A DNA stretch of 50,420 bases from Anaerolineae bacterium (GCA_026645745.1 JAPKMU010000001.1:1-50420), one strand, 5' to 3'. Numbered from the stretch's first letter, positions 37,307-47,057 are shown. The notes: generated by a model from the sequence alone, not told the origin. A program made the numbers and translations.

Positions 37307-38167
37307 ATGAATGAAGCGCTTAAGCGGTGGCTGAACAGCCTGACCGCGCAAAAGGTTGCGATCAGCTTCCTCACCTTATCGGTCATCCTCGCTGTTATTG
37401 GCTATATCGTGCAGCACCCCACTGGCTTCACCTTCACCGAGTTCCTCCAAGACTTTTACGCCAACATTTCAACTGAACTTGCCAGCATTGCCATGACCGT
37501 CCTCATCATTGACGGCTTGAATCGCCGCCGCGAGACTGCCCAACAAGCGCACCAGATGCGCGAAGAACTCACGCGCAAACTGGGTAGTAAAATCAACGAG
37601 GTCGCGCGGCAGGCGGCAGAGGATTTACGCGCTAAAGGCTGGCTCTTAAACGGCGACATTCAAGAAGCAGATTTGCGCGCCGCCAACCTCGAAAACGCCG
37701 ACTTGTATGCAGCAGACTTGCAGGGCGTAAACCTACAATGGGCATCCCTCAAGAATGCCAGCTTGAAGAAAGCCAACCTTGTCGGAGCAGACATGAGTCA
37801 GGTCAAGGCATGGGGCGCAAAATGCTACAAAGCGGATATGCGCAATGTCGATTTCACCAACGCGTCGATGTACCGGATTGATTTTTCTCATGCTGATCTG
37901 CGTCAGTCTGATTTTACGGGGGCAATCCTGATCGGTGCTTCTTTCATGGAGGCGGATTTGCGCGGCGCGCGTTTTGACGGCGCGCAGTTTGCCAGTTCAA
38001 ACGCTAACGGAAACCCGGAAAAAGCAGATAAACCGGTCATCCTTCCAGACGGGAGCGCATGGACACCGGGCTGCGATCTCGCGCGTTTCACTGATCCCAC
38101 CCACGATGATCATTGGTTTCCGCACTCGGCTGAGGATGCGCCTCGCATCGACTTAGGAGATGAATAA
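37307..38167 (+). CDS. Membrane-anchored pentapeptide-repeat protein (paralog of 35803..36684)
   Basis: TM pair, FYANISTEL, AAEDLRAKGWL, repeat array, LPDGSAWTP. Confidence 0.9.
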   Translation: MNEALKRWLNSLTAQKVAISFLTLSVILAVIGYIVQHPTGFTFTEFLQDFYANISTELASIAMTVLIIDGLNRRRETAQQAHQMREELTRKLGSKINEVARQAAEDLRAKGWLLNGDIQEADLRAANLENADLYAADLQGVNLQWASLKNASLKKANLVGADMSQVKAWGAKCYKADMRNVDFTNASMYRIDFSHADLRQSDFTGAILIGASFMEADLRGARFDGAQFASSNANGNPEKADKPVILPDGSAWTPGCDLARFTDPTHDDHWFPHSAEDAPRIDLGDE

Positions 38168-38200
38168 ATCGCGGGAGGGTTTTTCAGGCTTGTCCGATAA

Positions 38201-38339
38201 CCTCTCCCCCACTCGCTGCGCTCGTCTCCCCTCCCCGAATTCGGGGAAGGGCGCAAGCAAAACCGCGCTTTGTGGTGAGTGTGGGACAGCGACTCCCCCT
38301 CTACCCGCTTGCGTGGGAGAGGGGGCAGGGGGTGAGGGG
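38201..38339. repeat. Pair of C-rich/G-rich palindromic REP-like elements
   Basis: CCTCTCCCCC...CCCCTCCCCGAATTCGGGGAAGGG and CTCCCCCTCTACCCGCTTGCGTGGGAGAGGGGGCAGGGGGTGAGGG between convergent genes. Confidence 0.65.
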
Positions 38340-38406
38340 TAAAAAACACTCCGGCAGTACCGGACAACCCTTTATTCCCCTCCCGCTTTTTTATGCTGCG
38401 GTGCTG

Positions 38407-38787
38407 TCACGATTCCATGACGGAGAGGATATTTCCTGCCGGGTCTTTGAACCACGCGATAGTCGGAGCGCCGCTATCACGCGCAATCCCTTTTTCATCG
38501 GTCTTCAAGTCCGGTTGGTTATAGCGTTCAAAGGTTACACCCCGGCGCGTTAGTTCATCGACAGCCCGATCTACGTTATCGACCGGAAAATTCAGAATGG
38601 TGAAGCTCGCGGGCGTGTGTTGAGCGCCTTTCGGATAGACCAGTACATTGGCTCCCCCGGCAAGATGCAGTGTGAGCATCCCGTTTTCCTCGGTCACGTT
38701 CAGCCCTAAAATCTGGTTGTAAAACGTTTTGGCGCGCGGGATGTCATCAACCGAGAAGCCGCTGAATGCATGCGTATCTTTGAACAT
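38407..38787 (-). CDS. VOC/glyoxalase-family protein
   Basis: ATG 38787 after AGGAG; [41 protein letters not shown]. Confidence 0.9.
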   Translation of the reverse strand: MFKDTHAFSGFSVDDIPRAKTFYNQILGLNVTEENGMLTLHLAGGANVLVYPKGAQHTPASFTILNFPVDNVDRAVDELTRRGVTFERYNQPDLKTDEKGIARDSGAPTIAWFKDPAGNILSVMES

Positions 38788-38906
38788 TGATTCGCTCCTG
38801 CTAAGAGCGTAGACAAAAACTGTCCGCTCCGGCGCTGCCATCTTAGAACGAGGATGCTTGTTCACGAAGACCCTGTGTGCGGATATGAATCTGGGTCTTT
38901 CGCTGA

Positions 38907-38935
38907 TTGACTTTAGCACGCATGTTCGGTATAAT
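38907..38935 (+). promoter_or_regulatory. Consensus sigma70 promoter with a LexA-like box in the spacer; leaderless start at 38942
   Basis: TTGACT-N17-TATAAT; GCAC-N4-GTTC at 38916-38927; 6 nt from -10 to ATG. Confidence 0.7.
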
Positions 38936-38941
38936 GGGTTC

Positions 38942-40123
38942 ATGACGAGCATCCGAATTGAACCCGACCCAATCAGCAAGATCACCCAGATGGGCGACGT
39001 GACGCTGTATGAACCGGCGGGCGATCAACCACTGGCGGAAAAGGCGCGCGTTGCGACCGGACGTGGTGAGCATTATCAATCGCGCAGCCTCGCCGAGTGC
39101 ATCAGTCATGTCAGCACGCCGACGGGCAAAAAACCAATCCTCAAAACGATGCTCACGACCGCTTGTGAGCGCAACTGCTATTACTGTCCATTCCGCGCGG
39201 GGCGCGCCAAAATGCAGCGCATGACGATTTCACCCGATGATCTGGCGCGGGCATTCATGGCGCTTCAGCAGGGCGGCGCGGTTGACGGACTGTTCCTCTC
39301 ATCAGGGATCATCAAGGGAAGCGTCCCTACACAAGACAAACTGATCGACGCGACCGAGATTATCCGCCTGAAACATGGCTATCGCGGCTACATTCACCTG
39401 AAGATCATGCCGGGTGTTGAGGCGGATCAGCTTTACCGGGCGATGCAGTTGGCGGATCGGATTTCGGTCAATCTGGAAGCGCCGAATCAACAGCGGCTTG
39501 ATCTGCTGGCGCCGAAGAAAGACTTTGACCGTGAACTGCTGGCAATGCTGCGCATGGCAGAGCAAATCCGGCGCGATCACCCACAGGAAAGACTTGCCCG
39601 CACCGTGACTCAATTCGTGGTCGGCGCGGTCGGGGATACCGATCTCGAACTGCTTTCGATGACGAATGGATTACACCGTCATCTAGGACTAACGCGGGCG
39701 TATTTCTCGGCATTCAGTCCGGTGATTCAAACGCCGCTCGAAAATGTCGCGCCCACTGACGGAATCCGCGAACACCGCCTCTACCAGTCGAGTTTTCTCC
39801 TCCGTGATTACGGATGGGAAGTCGAAGATCTGCCATTTAACGATGACGGCAGCCTGCCCACGAACATCGACCCGAAGCGGGCATGGGCGGAGAAACATCT
39901 GCGCGAAAATCCAGTTGATGTGATGACGGCAGAACGCGCCGATCTGCTGCGCGTGCCGAACATCGGACCGAAAGGCGCAGACGCGATCCTCAAAGCGCGC
40001 GGGCAGGGCAAAATCCGCGAGTTGGCGGACTTGCGCAAAATCGGCATCGCCGCGCCGGAGACTGCCGCACCTTATATGCTTATAGGGGGAAAACGTCCGC
40101 CCGTGCAGGAAAAGCTGTTTTAG
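38942..40123 (+). CDS. Putative DNA modification/repair radical SAM protein with C-terminal helix-hairpin-helix
   Basis: [52 protein letters not shown]. Confidence 0.92.
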   Translation: MTSIRIEPDPISKITQMGDVTLYEPAGDQPLAEKARVATGRGEHYQSRSLAECISHVSTPTGKKPILKTMLTTACERNCYYCPFRAGRAKMQRMTISPDDLARAFMALQQGGAVDGLFLSSGIIKGSVPTQDKLIDATEIIRLKHGYRGYIHLKIMPGVEADQLYRAMQLADRISVNLEAPNQQRLDLLAPKKDFDRELLAMLRMAEQIRRDHPQERLARTVTQFVVGAVGDTDLELLSMTNGLHRHLGLTRAYFSAFSPVIQTPLENVAPTDGIREHRLYQSSFLLRDYGWEVEDLPFNDDGSLPTNIDPKRAWAEKHLRENPVDVMTAERADLLRVPNIGPKGADAILKARGQGKIRELADLRKIGIAAPETAAPYMLIGGKRPPVQEKLF

Positions 40124-40197
40124 GCTGGAGCAGAACTTCTAACTTTTCTTGCGCCCCTGCGTATAGAGGTTATCTTCCAGCATCGATCGGCGCACAA

Positions 40198-40980
40198 ATG
40201 AGCCAATCCGCCGGCATTGATCCACAACAAACACAGAAAAACTCCTTGATACCGTTCGGTTTGGTGCTGACGGGACTTTCGATTCCGTTTTGGATATTGG
40301 GGGCAGTCGTGAACACCGACGGATTTCCGATTCGCCTACCGGTCAGCGCGTTGATGGCGTTCAACCCACTGATCGCATCGCTGATTTTGACCCAAAAACA
40401 GCACGGAAGAGCGGGAGTCATCGCGGTTCTGCGGCGCTGCTTTGATGTCCGCCGAATCCAACTGTGGTACTTGCCCATTTTGTTTTTGATGCCGACCGTC
40501 ATGTTCGTTGAGTATGGGCTGATGATCGTGATGGGGCGACCGATCTCCGATCCTCAGATTTCTCTGTTCGCCCTGCCAATCATGATCGCGGTGTTTTTTG
40601 TTTCAGCGGTGGGAGAGGAAGGAGGTTGGCAAGGATTTGTATATGAACCGCTGGCGGAACGATCAAACCCCGCTGTGGCAGCGCTTGTACTGGGGAGTCT
40701 GTGGGCGGTTTGGCACGTTATCCCTTATTTTCAGGGACAAAATACCCTCGCATGGATTTTCTGGCAGTGTGTGACGACGGTCGGTCTGCGCGGGCTGATC
40801 GTGTGGTTTTACATCAAGACGCATAAGAGCATCTTTGCGGCAATTCTGTTTCATACCAGCATCAATGTCAGCGTATTCATGTTTCCCAACTACGGGTCGT
40901 ACTATGATCCCTTTCTCACCGCGCTGCTTGTCGGGGGTGTCGTGATCGTACTCTCTCTGATTAATCGAATCGATCTTTGA
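40198..40980 (+). CDS. CPBP-family (CAAX/Abi) intramembrane metalloprotease
   Basis: GEEGGWQG, WAVWH and FHTSIN motifs present. Confidence 0.88.
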   Translation: MSQSAGIDPQQTQKNSLIPFGLVLTGLSIPFWILGAVVNTDGFPIRLPVSALMAFNPLIASLILTQKQHGRAGVIAVLRRCFDVRRIQLWYLPILFLMPTVMFVEYGLMIVMGRPISDPQISLFALPIMIAVFFVSAVGEEGGWQGFVYEPLAERSNPAVAALVLGSLWAVWHVIPYFQGQNTLAWIFWQCVTTVGLRGLIVWFYIKTHKSIFAAILFHTSINVSVFMFPNYGSYYDPFLTALLVGGVVIVLSLINRIDL

Positions 40981-41065
40981 TTAATCCGTCAATTCTCGCT
41001 AAAATGCCATTAGCCCTGCTTGAGTCCAAGTACTCGGCACTTAATTTTGTTTCAGGAGGATTCCC

Positions 41066-41845
41066 TTGCGTATTGCAGTCTTTACCCGCAGCACACCCGA
41101 CACCGCCGCCAAGGTGGAAGTCGATGCCAGCGGCAAGGTCACATGGGGCGACGCGGCAACCGTCGTTAACCCTTGGGATGAATATGCGCTGGAAGAAGCG
41201 ATCGTACAGGCGAAAAACGCGGGCGGTAAAGCCGCTGTGATCGCCATTGGCGCGCCCATGCACGACGAGGCGCTCAAGCATAGTCTGGCGATGGGCGTGG
41301 ATGAAGCCTACCGCGTGTGGGATGATGCGCTCGAAGGCGCGGACGGATTGGCATATGCCACCGCCGCCGCCGCTGCGATTAAGCAGCTCGGTGATGTTGA
41401 ACTTGTGCTGTTCGGGCGTGACAGCGTCGATGTCGGCACGGATCAACACATCTACGCGACCGCGCGCAAACTCGGCTGGACGATGCTCTCGTATGTTTCC
41501 AAGATTGTCTCAATTGACTTTGCTGCCAAAACAATCAAGGTTGAAAAAGTGCTTGAACAGGGCAAGCAGGTGATCACCGCCTCGCTGCCCGCCGTTGTCA
41601 GCGTGTTGAAGGACATCAACGAGCCGCGCTACCCTTCGTTCATCGGTATCCGCAAAGCGCAAAAAGCCACCATTCCGGTGTGGGGGCTTGCCGATCTGGG
41701 CGTGACCCTTCCTGCTTCGGCTGCCCGTGTCACCGCGTTCAAGAATCTGCCGCCGCGTGACACGCGCTTTGAGTTGATCAGCGGTACGCCAGAGGAACAG
41801 GCAAAACAGTTGGTCGATAAGCTGTTGGAAGAGAAGGTGCTGTAA
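41066..41845 (+). CDS. etfB: Electron transfer flavoprotein subunit beta
   Basis: TTG start after AGGAGG; NPWDEYALEEA, LAMGVD, INEPRYPS. Confidence 0.94.
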   Translation: MRIAVFTRSTPDTAAKVEVDASGKVTWGDAATVVNPWDEYALEEAIVQAKNAGGKAAVIAIGAPMHDEALKHSLAMGVDEAYRVWDDALEGADGLAYATAAAAAIKQLGDVELVLFGRDSVDVGTDQHIYATARKLGWTMLSYVSKIVSIDFAAKTIKVEKVLEQGKQVITASLPAVVSVLKDINEPRYPSFIGIRKAQKATIPVWGLADLGVTLPASAARVTAFKNLPPRDTRFELISGTPEEQAKQLVDKLLEEKVL

Positions 41846-41847
41846 CG

Positions 41848-42885
41848 ATGAGCGCGATTTACGTTTGGATTGAAACCTTCAAAGGCAAGGCAAACCCGAC
41901 CAGTTGGGAAGCAGTCGCCGCAGGGCGGATGCTCGGCGCATCACTGAATCTGCCCGTGACCGCGCTCGTGTTTGGTGAAAATGCTGCCGCCGTCGCGCAA
42001 GAAGCAGGCGCATACGGCGCGGATAATGCGATCACCTGTGACGATGCCACCTTGACGCAATTTCGCCTCGAACCGTATGCGGCGCTTTTGACGCAGCTCG
42101 TCAAGGCGAACGCACCGAAAGCGGTTCTCGCCATCGCCAGCAGTCGTGGGCGTGAACTGCTCGCCAGCAGCGCCGCCGATACTGACAGCGCGATGCTTTC
42201 AGATGTGCTCGACTTGAGCGCGAACGGCGACGGCTTGAGCGCAACCCGCGCCGTCTATGCGGGTAAAGTCCTCAGCGATAACGCCGCCAGCGGTGCAGCC
42301 GTGTTTGTGACGCTGCGTTCGCGCGCCTTTAAAGCGGCTGATCCCGCTCCGAAGGATATTCCAGTAACGACGGCTGCACCTGCGTTGAGCGAAGCCCAGA
42401 TCAGCACCAAAATCGAGAGCTTTGAAGAAGCCGTCGGGACGGTCAACCTTTCGGATGCGGGCGTGATCGTCAGCGGCGGGCGCGGTATGGCGAACAATCC
42501 CGCCAATGCGCCAGCAGGTGTTTCTGGGGATGCGGCGACCGTGTGGAAGGCGCAAGACGGCTTTGCCAATGTGCTTCAGCCGCTGGCGGACGTACTCGGC
42601 GGAGCCGTTGGTGCGAGCCGCGCGGCGGTCGATGCGGGTTATATTCCGTATGTGCATCAGGTTGGGCAGACCGGAAAAACGGTTTCGCCGGACTTGTATA
42701 TCGCGTGCGGGATCAGCGGTGCGATCCAGCATCAAGCGGGCATGCGTTCCAGCAAGGTGATCGTGGCGATCAACAAGGACTCGGAAGCGCCAATCTTCAA
42801 GATGGCGCGCTTCGGGTTGGTTGGCGACCTGTATCAGATCATTCCGGCGCTCACAGCAGAACTCAAGAAGCGCTTGGGTAAATAG
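41848..42885 (+). CDS. etfA: Electron transfer flavoprotein subunit alpha
   Basis: VSGGRG, GASRAAVDAG, QVGQTGKTV, GISGAIQH, INKD. Confidence 0.95.
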   Translation: MSAIYVWIETFKGKANPTSWEAVAAGRMLGASLNLPVTALVFGENAAAVAQEAGAYGADNAITCDDATLTQFRLEPYAALLTQLVKANAPKAVLAIASSRGRELLASSAADTDSAMLSDVLDLSANGDGLSATRAVYAGKVLSDNAASGAAVFVTLRSRAFKAADPAPKDIPVTTAAPALSEAQISTKIESFEEAVGTVNLSDAGVIVSGGRGMANNPANAPAGVSGDAATVWKAQDGFANVLQPLADVLGGAVGASRAAVDAGYIPYVHQVGQTGKTVSPDLYIACGISGAIQHQAGMRSSKVIVAINKDSEAPIFKMARFGLVGDLYQIIPALTAELKKRLGK

Positions 42886-42891
42886 CAGTTA

Positions 42892-42933
42892 CCCCTCCCT
42901 AAATCCCTCCCCGCTGTCGCAGGGAGGGACTTT
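42892..42933. repeat. C-rich/G-rich palindromic REP-like element
   Basis: CCCTCCCTAAATCCCTCCC-CGCTGTCGCA-GGGAGGGACTTT right after etfA. Confidence 0.55.
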
Positions 42934-43125
42934 GCGCGCGTGAATTCTCCCTCAGACAAAGTTTTACGAGAAGTGTCGTCCCGTGAAGCTGGCGCGGGGA
43001 GGGGTTGAGTACCGCCAAAAGCGATAAAATGGGTAAATTTGCAATATCTTTCCCTTGATTTTCTCAAGGGAGCGGTAAACTGATAGATATATCCGCGAAA
43101 CCTACTTCTCCAAAAGGGTCTGATC

Positions 43126-43569
43126 ATGCCGATCACCCGCGAATGGCACTTAGAAAACCGAATTATCCTAATCACACTTTACAGCCCGGTTAGCGCAGAA
43201 GATATCAAAGCGGCGAATGACGGAGCGTATGCTGTTCTTGACAGCGCGCAAGGTGACCAGCGCATTCATACGATCTTTGATATGCGCGCACTGCCCGATA
43301 GACCTGATCATCGCGTCCGCTTGACAGAATTGGCGCGGCTGGCGGACGTGTTCAAACATCCCAAATTGGGTTGGATGATCGCGGTTTCGCATCATAAGTT
43401 CGCTAGTTTCGTCTTTTCGATCTTCAGCACATTGTTTAACACCCGGATGCGGATTTTCTTGACGTCTGAAGAAGCCATCGCGTTTTTGCAGCTTGTGGAT
43501 GTCACGCTGCCACCCATCTCGCCCCTTCCCCCGCCTTCAATGGTGACGAATGAGCCTAACGCCGATTGA
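43126..43569 (+). CDS. Hypothetical protein, possibly STAS/SpoIIAA-like fold
   Basis: EWHLENRII, IHTIFD, HPKLGW, EEAIAFL pattern. Confidence 0.65.
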   Translation: MPITREWHLENRIILITLYSPVSAEDIKAANDGAYAVLDSAQGDQRIHTIFDMRALPDRPDHRVRLTELARLADVFKHPKLGWMIAVSHHKFASFVFSIFSTLFNTRMRIFLTSEEAIAFLQLVDVTLPPISPLPPPSMVTNEPNAD

Positions 43570-43594
43570 TTTGTTCGCTGTTTTGTGTTAACAT
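43566..43594 (+). promoter_or_regulatory. Promoter of ssrA
   Basis: TTGATT-N17-TAACAT with an extended -10 TG, ending 19 nt before the mature 5' end. Confidence 0.55.
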
Positions 43595-43613
43595 TTATTC
43601 ATCATCAAAACCC

Positions 43614-43999
43614 GGGCGTGAACTAGATTCGACGGGCGAGGCTGATTCCGCGTGGCAGGTCGTGGCGCCTACCCACGATAAAATGGGCACGGCTATAAAT
43701 GCCAAACCAAACACTCGCGTGATGGCATACGCCGCCTAAGGCGTGTTCCTGAACGCGCTGAGGCAAAGTCCTCAGCCGTCCCCCCGATCCGGCGTCCTGC
43801 GGGTCGACCGGGGGGCGTCACCAATCAGGGCGTGCGGTGTTAGTGACGCCGATAAACGACACCAAAGAACCATTGGCTGGCAGGTGGCGAACCGTGTTGA
43901 CCGGGCTATCGCCTGCGAGATTCAAATAGTCGACTAAGCCTGTAGAAGCGCGTCGTCGATTCGTTCGGACCCGAGCGGCAGTGCTCGGCACGTCCAACA
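43614..43999 (+). ncRNA. ssrA: Transfer-messenger RNA (tmRNA), tag (A)AKPNTRVMAYAA
   Basis: Acceptor stem GGGCGTG/CACGTCC with G3:U wobble and discriminator A 43996; 5' ..GATTCGAC; pk1 TCGTGG..CCACGA with GCCTA/TGGGC; resume codon GCC 43701 after ATAAAT, stop 43737-43739; 3' CCTGTAGA..GGAC plus T-arm. Confidence 0.95.
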
Positions 44000-44042
44000 A
44001 CAAACCGCCTCATTAACCCAGGTTGATGAGGTGGTTTGTTTT
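43999..44042 (+). terminator. Intrinsic terminator of ssrA
   Basis: AACAAACCGCCTCATTAACC-CA-GGTTGATGAGGTGGTTTGTT then T-rich sequence. Confidence 0.8.
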
Positions 44043-44133
44043 ATCCCGTCAAGTCAGCGGTCAGTCGTCGGTTGTCATCCCTTTCAACTCTGGTAAACTG
44101 GATCGTCTTACCGTTGACGTGGAGTTGAAGTCT

Positions 44134-44991
44134 GTGACTATCCCACCTAAACGCGCCATTCTTGCAGCGCTTATCCCCGCCACGATGCTGATCGTGAGTG
44201 CATGTAACTTTTTCGCGCCGCAAGACCAACCGCTCGAACTGCTCGACGCCAATCCCGCTGCGACCGACGTTGCCGCACTGCGGGCGACCGCCACCGTTGA
44301 GACAGATCGACAAATGGCGACGCTGGAAGCGATCAATACGGCGGTGCGCGCCGTAGACGTACAAAGCACACGCATCGCCGCTACACTGATCGCGCGCGGC
44401 ACGGCAGTAATCGATATCGGCTTTTTGACGCCGATGTCCCCAACTGAAGCGGCGGCAGGCACAGGCGGCGGTCAACCGCTCAATCAGGCTGGTGATGCCG
44501 ATATGCTTCTGTTGGTGACTCCCGGCAGCGGCGCACAGGGCAATGCTGCGCTTACGCCAAACATCCCGCAGCCAACTGTGTTCACCACGCCGACGCCGCT
44601 CCCCGGCGCTGAACAGCCAACACAAATCCCGGTGGTTTCATCGGAAGCGCTAACCCAGATCACCCTCACACGCGCGGTCGGTGCGGATGACTGCCCTACT
44701 TCCGCTGAGACCGTGTTCACAACCGCTGATACGGAAATCTATGTGACGGCAGTCGCACAGGTGAGTGCTGGCAGTCAAATTGTCTCGCGGTGGTTGTTTG
44801 GGGGAACAGAAATCGTCACCTACGACTGGACACCCGACTTTGATATCGACGGCGCGTGCATCTGGTTCTACATGCCTGCTTCAGCAGTGGAATACACACC
44901 CGGCAGTTGGGCGGTTGAACTTTCGGTGAATGGGGCTAGTGTTGGATCGGCATCCTTTACGATTGAAGCGCCGATGACTGAAGGAGGTTAG
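44134..44991 (+). CDS. Predicted lipoprotein with Pro/Thr-rich linker and C-terminal Ig-like domain
   Basis: GTG 44134 after GGAG; lipobox VSAC; GADDCP..FT, CIWF, GSWAVEL. Confidence 0.75.
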   Translation: MTIPPKRAILAALIPATMLIVSACNFFAPQDQPLELLDANPAATDVAALRATATVETDRQMATLEAINTAVRAVDVQSTRIAATLIARGTAVIDIGFLTPMSPTEAAAGTGGGQPLNQAGDADMLLLVTPGSGAQGNAALTPNIPQPTVFTTPTPLPGAEQPTQIPVVSSEALTQITLTRAVGADDCPTSAETVFTTADTEIYVTAVAQVSAGSQIVSRWLFGGTEIVTYDWTPDFDIDGACIWFYMPASAVEYTPGSWAVELSVNGASVGSASFTIEAPMTEGG

Positions 44992-45096
44992 GGGTTCATT
45001 TTCAGTATTATGACAGCTAGCGTTTCGATTCGCCACTGCCTCTTTTGACGGTATACCCACCGCGCGATACACCATAAAGTGAAGGAATAACCCAAT

Positions 45097-47046
45097 ATGC
45101 GATCTGGAGGCGGCGGCAGAATGTGGCGCTACGCATACCCCGGCGATGATGATGGCAAGCGTTCAAAGGTAACATGGGCGCTGGTACGTCGTGTTTTAGG
45201 TTATGGCAAACCGTACCGGCGTTACATCGTCATGTTACTTATCTTGATCACGGTGCAATCCGCGCTTGGATTGGTCACACCGCTGATCGTTCGTGATCTG
45301 CTCGATAAAACACTGCCAAACGGCGACGAAGCGCGCCTGAATGTGCTTGCGCTTGGACTCATCGCGATTCCGGTCTTCACCTCCCTAATCGGGCTGGTGA
45401 TCCGGCGAACCAATGCCACGATCGGGGAGGGCGTGATCTTCGATTTGCGGCGCGGCTTGTACGGACATCTTCAGCGGATGTCGCTCCACTTCTTCACCAA
45501 CACGCGGGCGGGGGAGCTGATCAGCCGGTTGAATAATGATGTCGTCAACGCGCAGGGTGCGATCAGCGATACGATCGTCGGCAGCATCACACAGACTTTC
45601 CAGCTTCTCGCTACGCTGGCAATCATGCTAGCGCTTGAATGGCGGCTGACACTGCTGGGTCTGGCGGTTTTCCCGGTTGTGATCGTCGTGGCGCGTTGGA
45701 TTGGAAAGAAACTGCGCACACTGGCGCGCGACCAGATGGAGTTAAACGCCCAGATGAACGCGATGATGAGCGAAACGCTGAACGTAAGCGGGAATTTGCT
45801 CGTCAAGTTATTCGGGCGCACACAGCTTGAAACCGGACGATTCACCGAACGCGCAGCACGTGTCCGCGATAAAGGGCGAGAACGGGCAGTACTCGGCAGC
45901 TTATTCTGGACACTGCTCGGTGCTATCGGGATCATTGGCACGTTTTTGGTTTATTGGGTTGGCGGTCACCTTGTCCTTGATGGCATTTTCACCGCCGGTG
46001 ATATCGTCGCTTTTTCGCTCTATCTCGGTCAGCTTTACGGACCGCTTCAGTATCTTGTTGATGTGCCGATTCAGTTCGCTACATCGATGGTCAGTTTTGA
46101 GCGTGTGTTCGAAATCATCGATCTCCCGATGGAAATTGCCGAAAAGCCAAATGCCATCACGCTGAATCACATCAGCGGCGCGCTCACGTTTGATCACGTC
46201 ACATTCCGCTATCCACCGTCGAGCGAAGGCGGACTTGCTCCGGTCAACCGACCGGGGCGCGCGGATAATGTTGTCGCGGTGTTCAGCGGCACACCGCGCG
46301 CCAATGGCAAGGACGAAGCATCAGATAAACCAACCGTCAGCCAAGCGCGCGAAACCGCACTCGTAGACCTGCATTTTGAGATCAAGCCGGGGAGCTTAGT
46401 CGCGCTGGTAGGACCGAGCGGCGCAGGCAAAACAACGCTCACCTACTTGATTCCGCGTCTGTATGATCCAACCGAAGGGCGCATCTTGATCGATGGTCAC
46501 GATCTGCGCGATGTGCAGCATGATTCGCTGATGCAGCAGATCGGCGTGGTGACTCAGGAAACGTATTTGTTTCACGATACGATCCGTACCAACTTGCTGT
46601 ACGCGAAGCTGGACGCAACACAGGCGGAGATCGAATCCGCCGCCCGTGCCGCCAACATTCACGACTTCATCGCGGAACTGCCGGACGGCTACGATACGAT
46701 TGTTGGTGAACGCGGCTATCGCTTGAGCGGCGGCGAAAAACAGCGCCTCGCGCTTGCGCGCGTCATCCTCAAAGACCCGCGCATTCTTGTCCTTGACGAA
46801 GCTACGAGCCATCTTGACAGCCAAAGCGAAGCGCTGATCCGTGACGCATTAGAAAAGATCATGATCAACCGCACCAGCATCGTGATCGCGCATCGTCTCA
46901 GCACGATTTTGGCGGCAGATCAGATTTTGGTGATGGATCGCGGGCGCATCGTCGAAAAAGGCACGCATGACGAACTGCTGGCGCTCGGCGGGTTGTATGC
47001 TGGGCTGTATGAAACGCAGTTCAGCCAGCAGCACGCTGACGCGTAA
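45097..47046 (+). CDS. ABC exporter, fused permease/ATPase
   Basis: Six-TM domain, GPSGAGKTT, LSGGEKQR, LDEATSHLD, IAHRLST. Confidence 0.94.
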   Translation: MRSGGGGRMWRYAYPGDDDGKRSKVTWALVRRVLGYGKPYRRYIVMLLILITVQSALGLVTPLIVRDLLDKTLPNGDEARLNVLALGLIAIPVFTSLIGLVIRRTNATIGEGVIFDLRRGLYGHLQRMSLHFFTNTRAGELISRLNNDVVNAQGAISDTIVGSITQTFQLLATLAIMLALEWRLTLLGLAVFPVVIVVARWIGKKLRTLARDQMELNAQMNAMMSETLNVSGNLLVKLFGRTQLETGRFTERAARVRDKGRERAVLGSLFWTLLGAIGIIGTFLVYWVGGHLVLDGIFTAGDIVAFSLYLGQLYGPLQYLVDVPIQFATSMVSFERVFEIIDLPMEIAEKPNAITLNHISGALTFDHVTFRYPPSSEGGLAPVNRPGRADNVVAVFSGTPRANGKDEASDKPTVSQARETALVDLHFEIKPGSLVALVGPSGAGKTTLTYLIPRLYDPTEGRILIDGHDLRDVQHDSLMQQIGVVTQETYLFHDTIRTNLLYAKLDATQAEIESAARAANIHDFIAELPDGYDTIVGERGYRLSGGEKQRLALARVILKDPRILVLDEATSHLDSQSEALIRDALEKIMINRTSIVIAHRLSTILAADQILVMDRGRIVEKGTHDELLALGGLYAGLYETQFSQQHADA

Positions 47047-47057
47047 AAAAGGAAACC

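Noticed and set aside
43743-44133. Short ORFs at 43743 and 43818 and the 5' extension of ORF 44023
   Set aside because: They overlap the tmRNA gene and its terminator.
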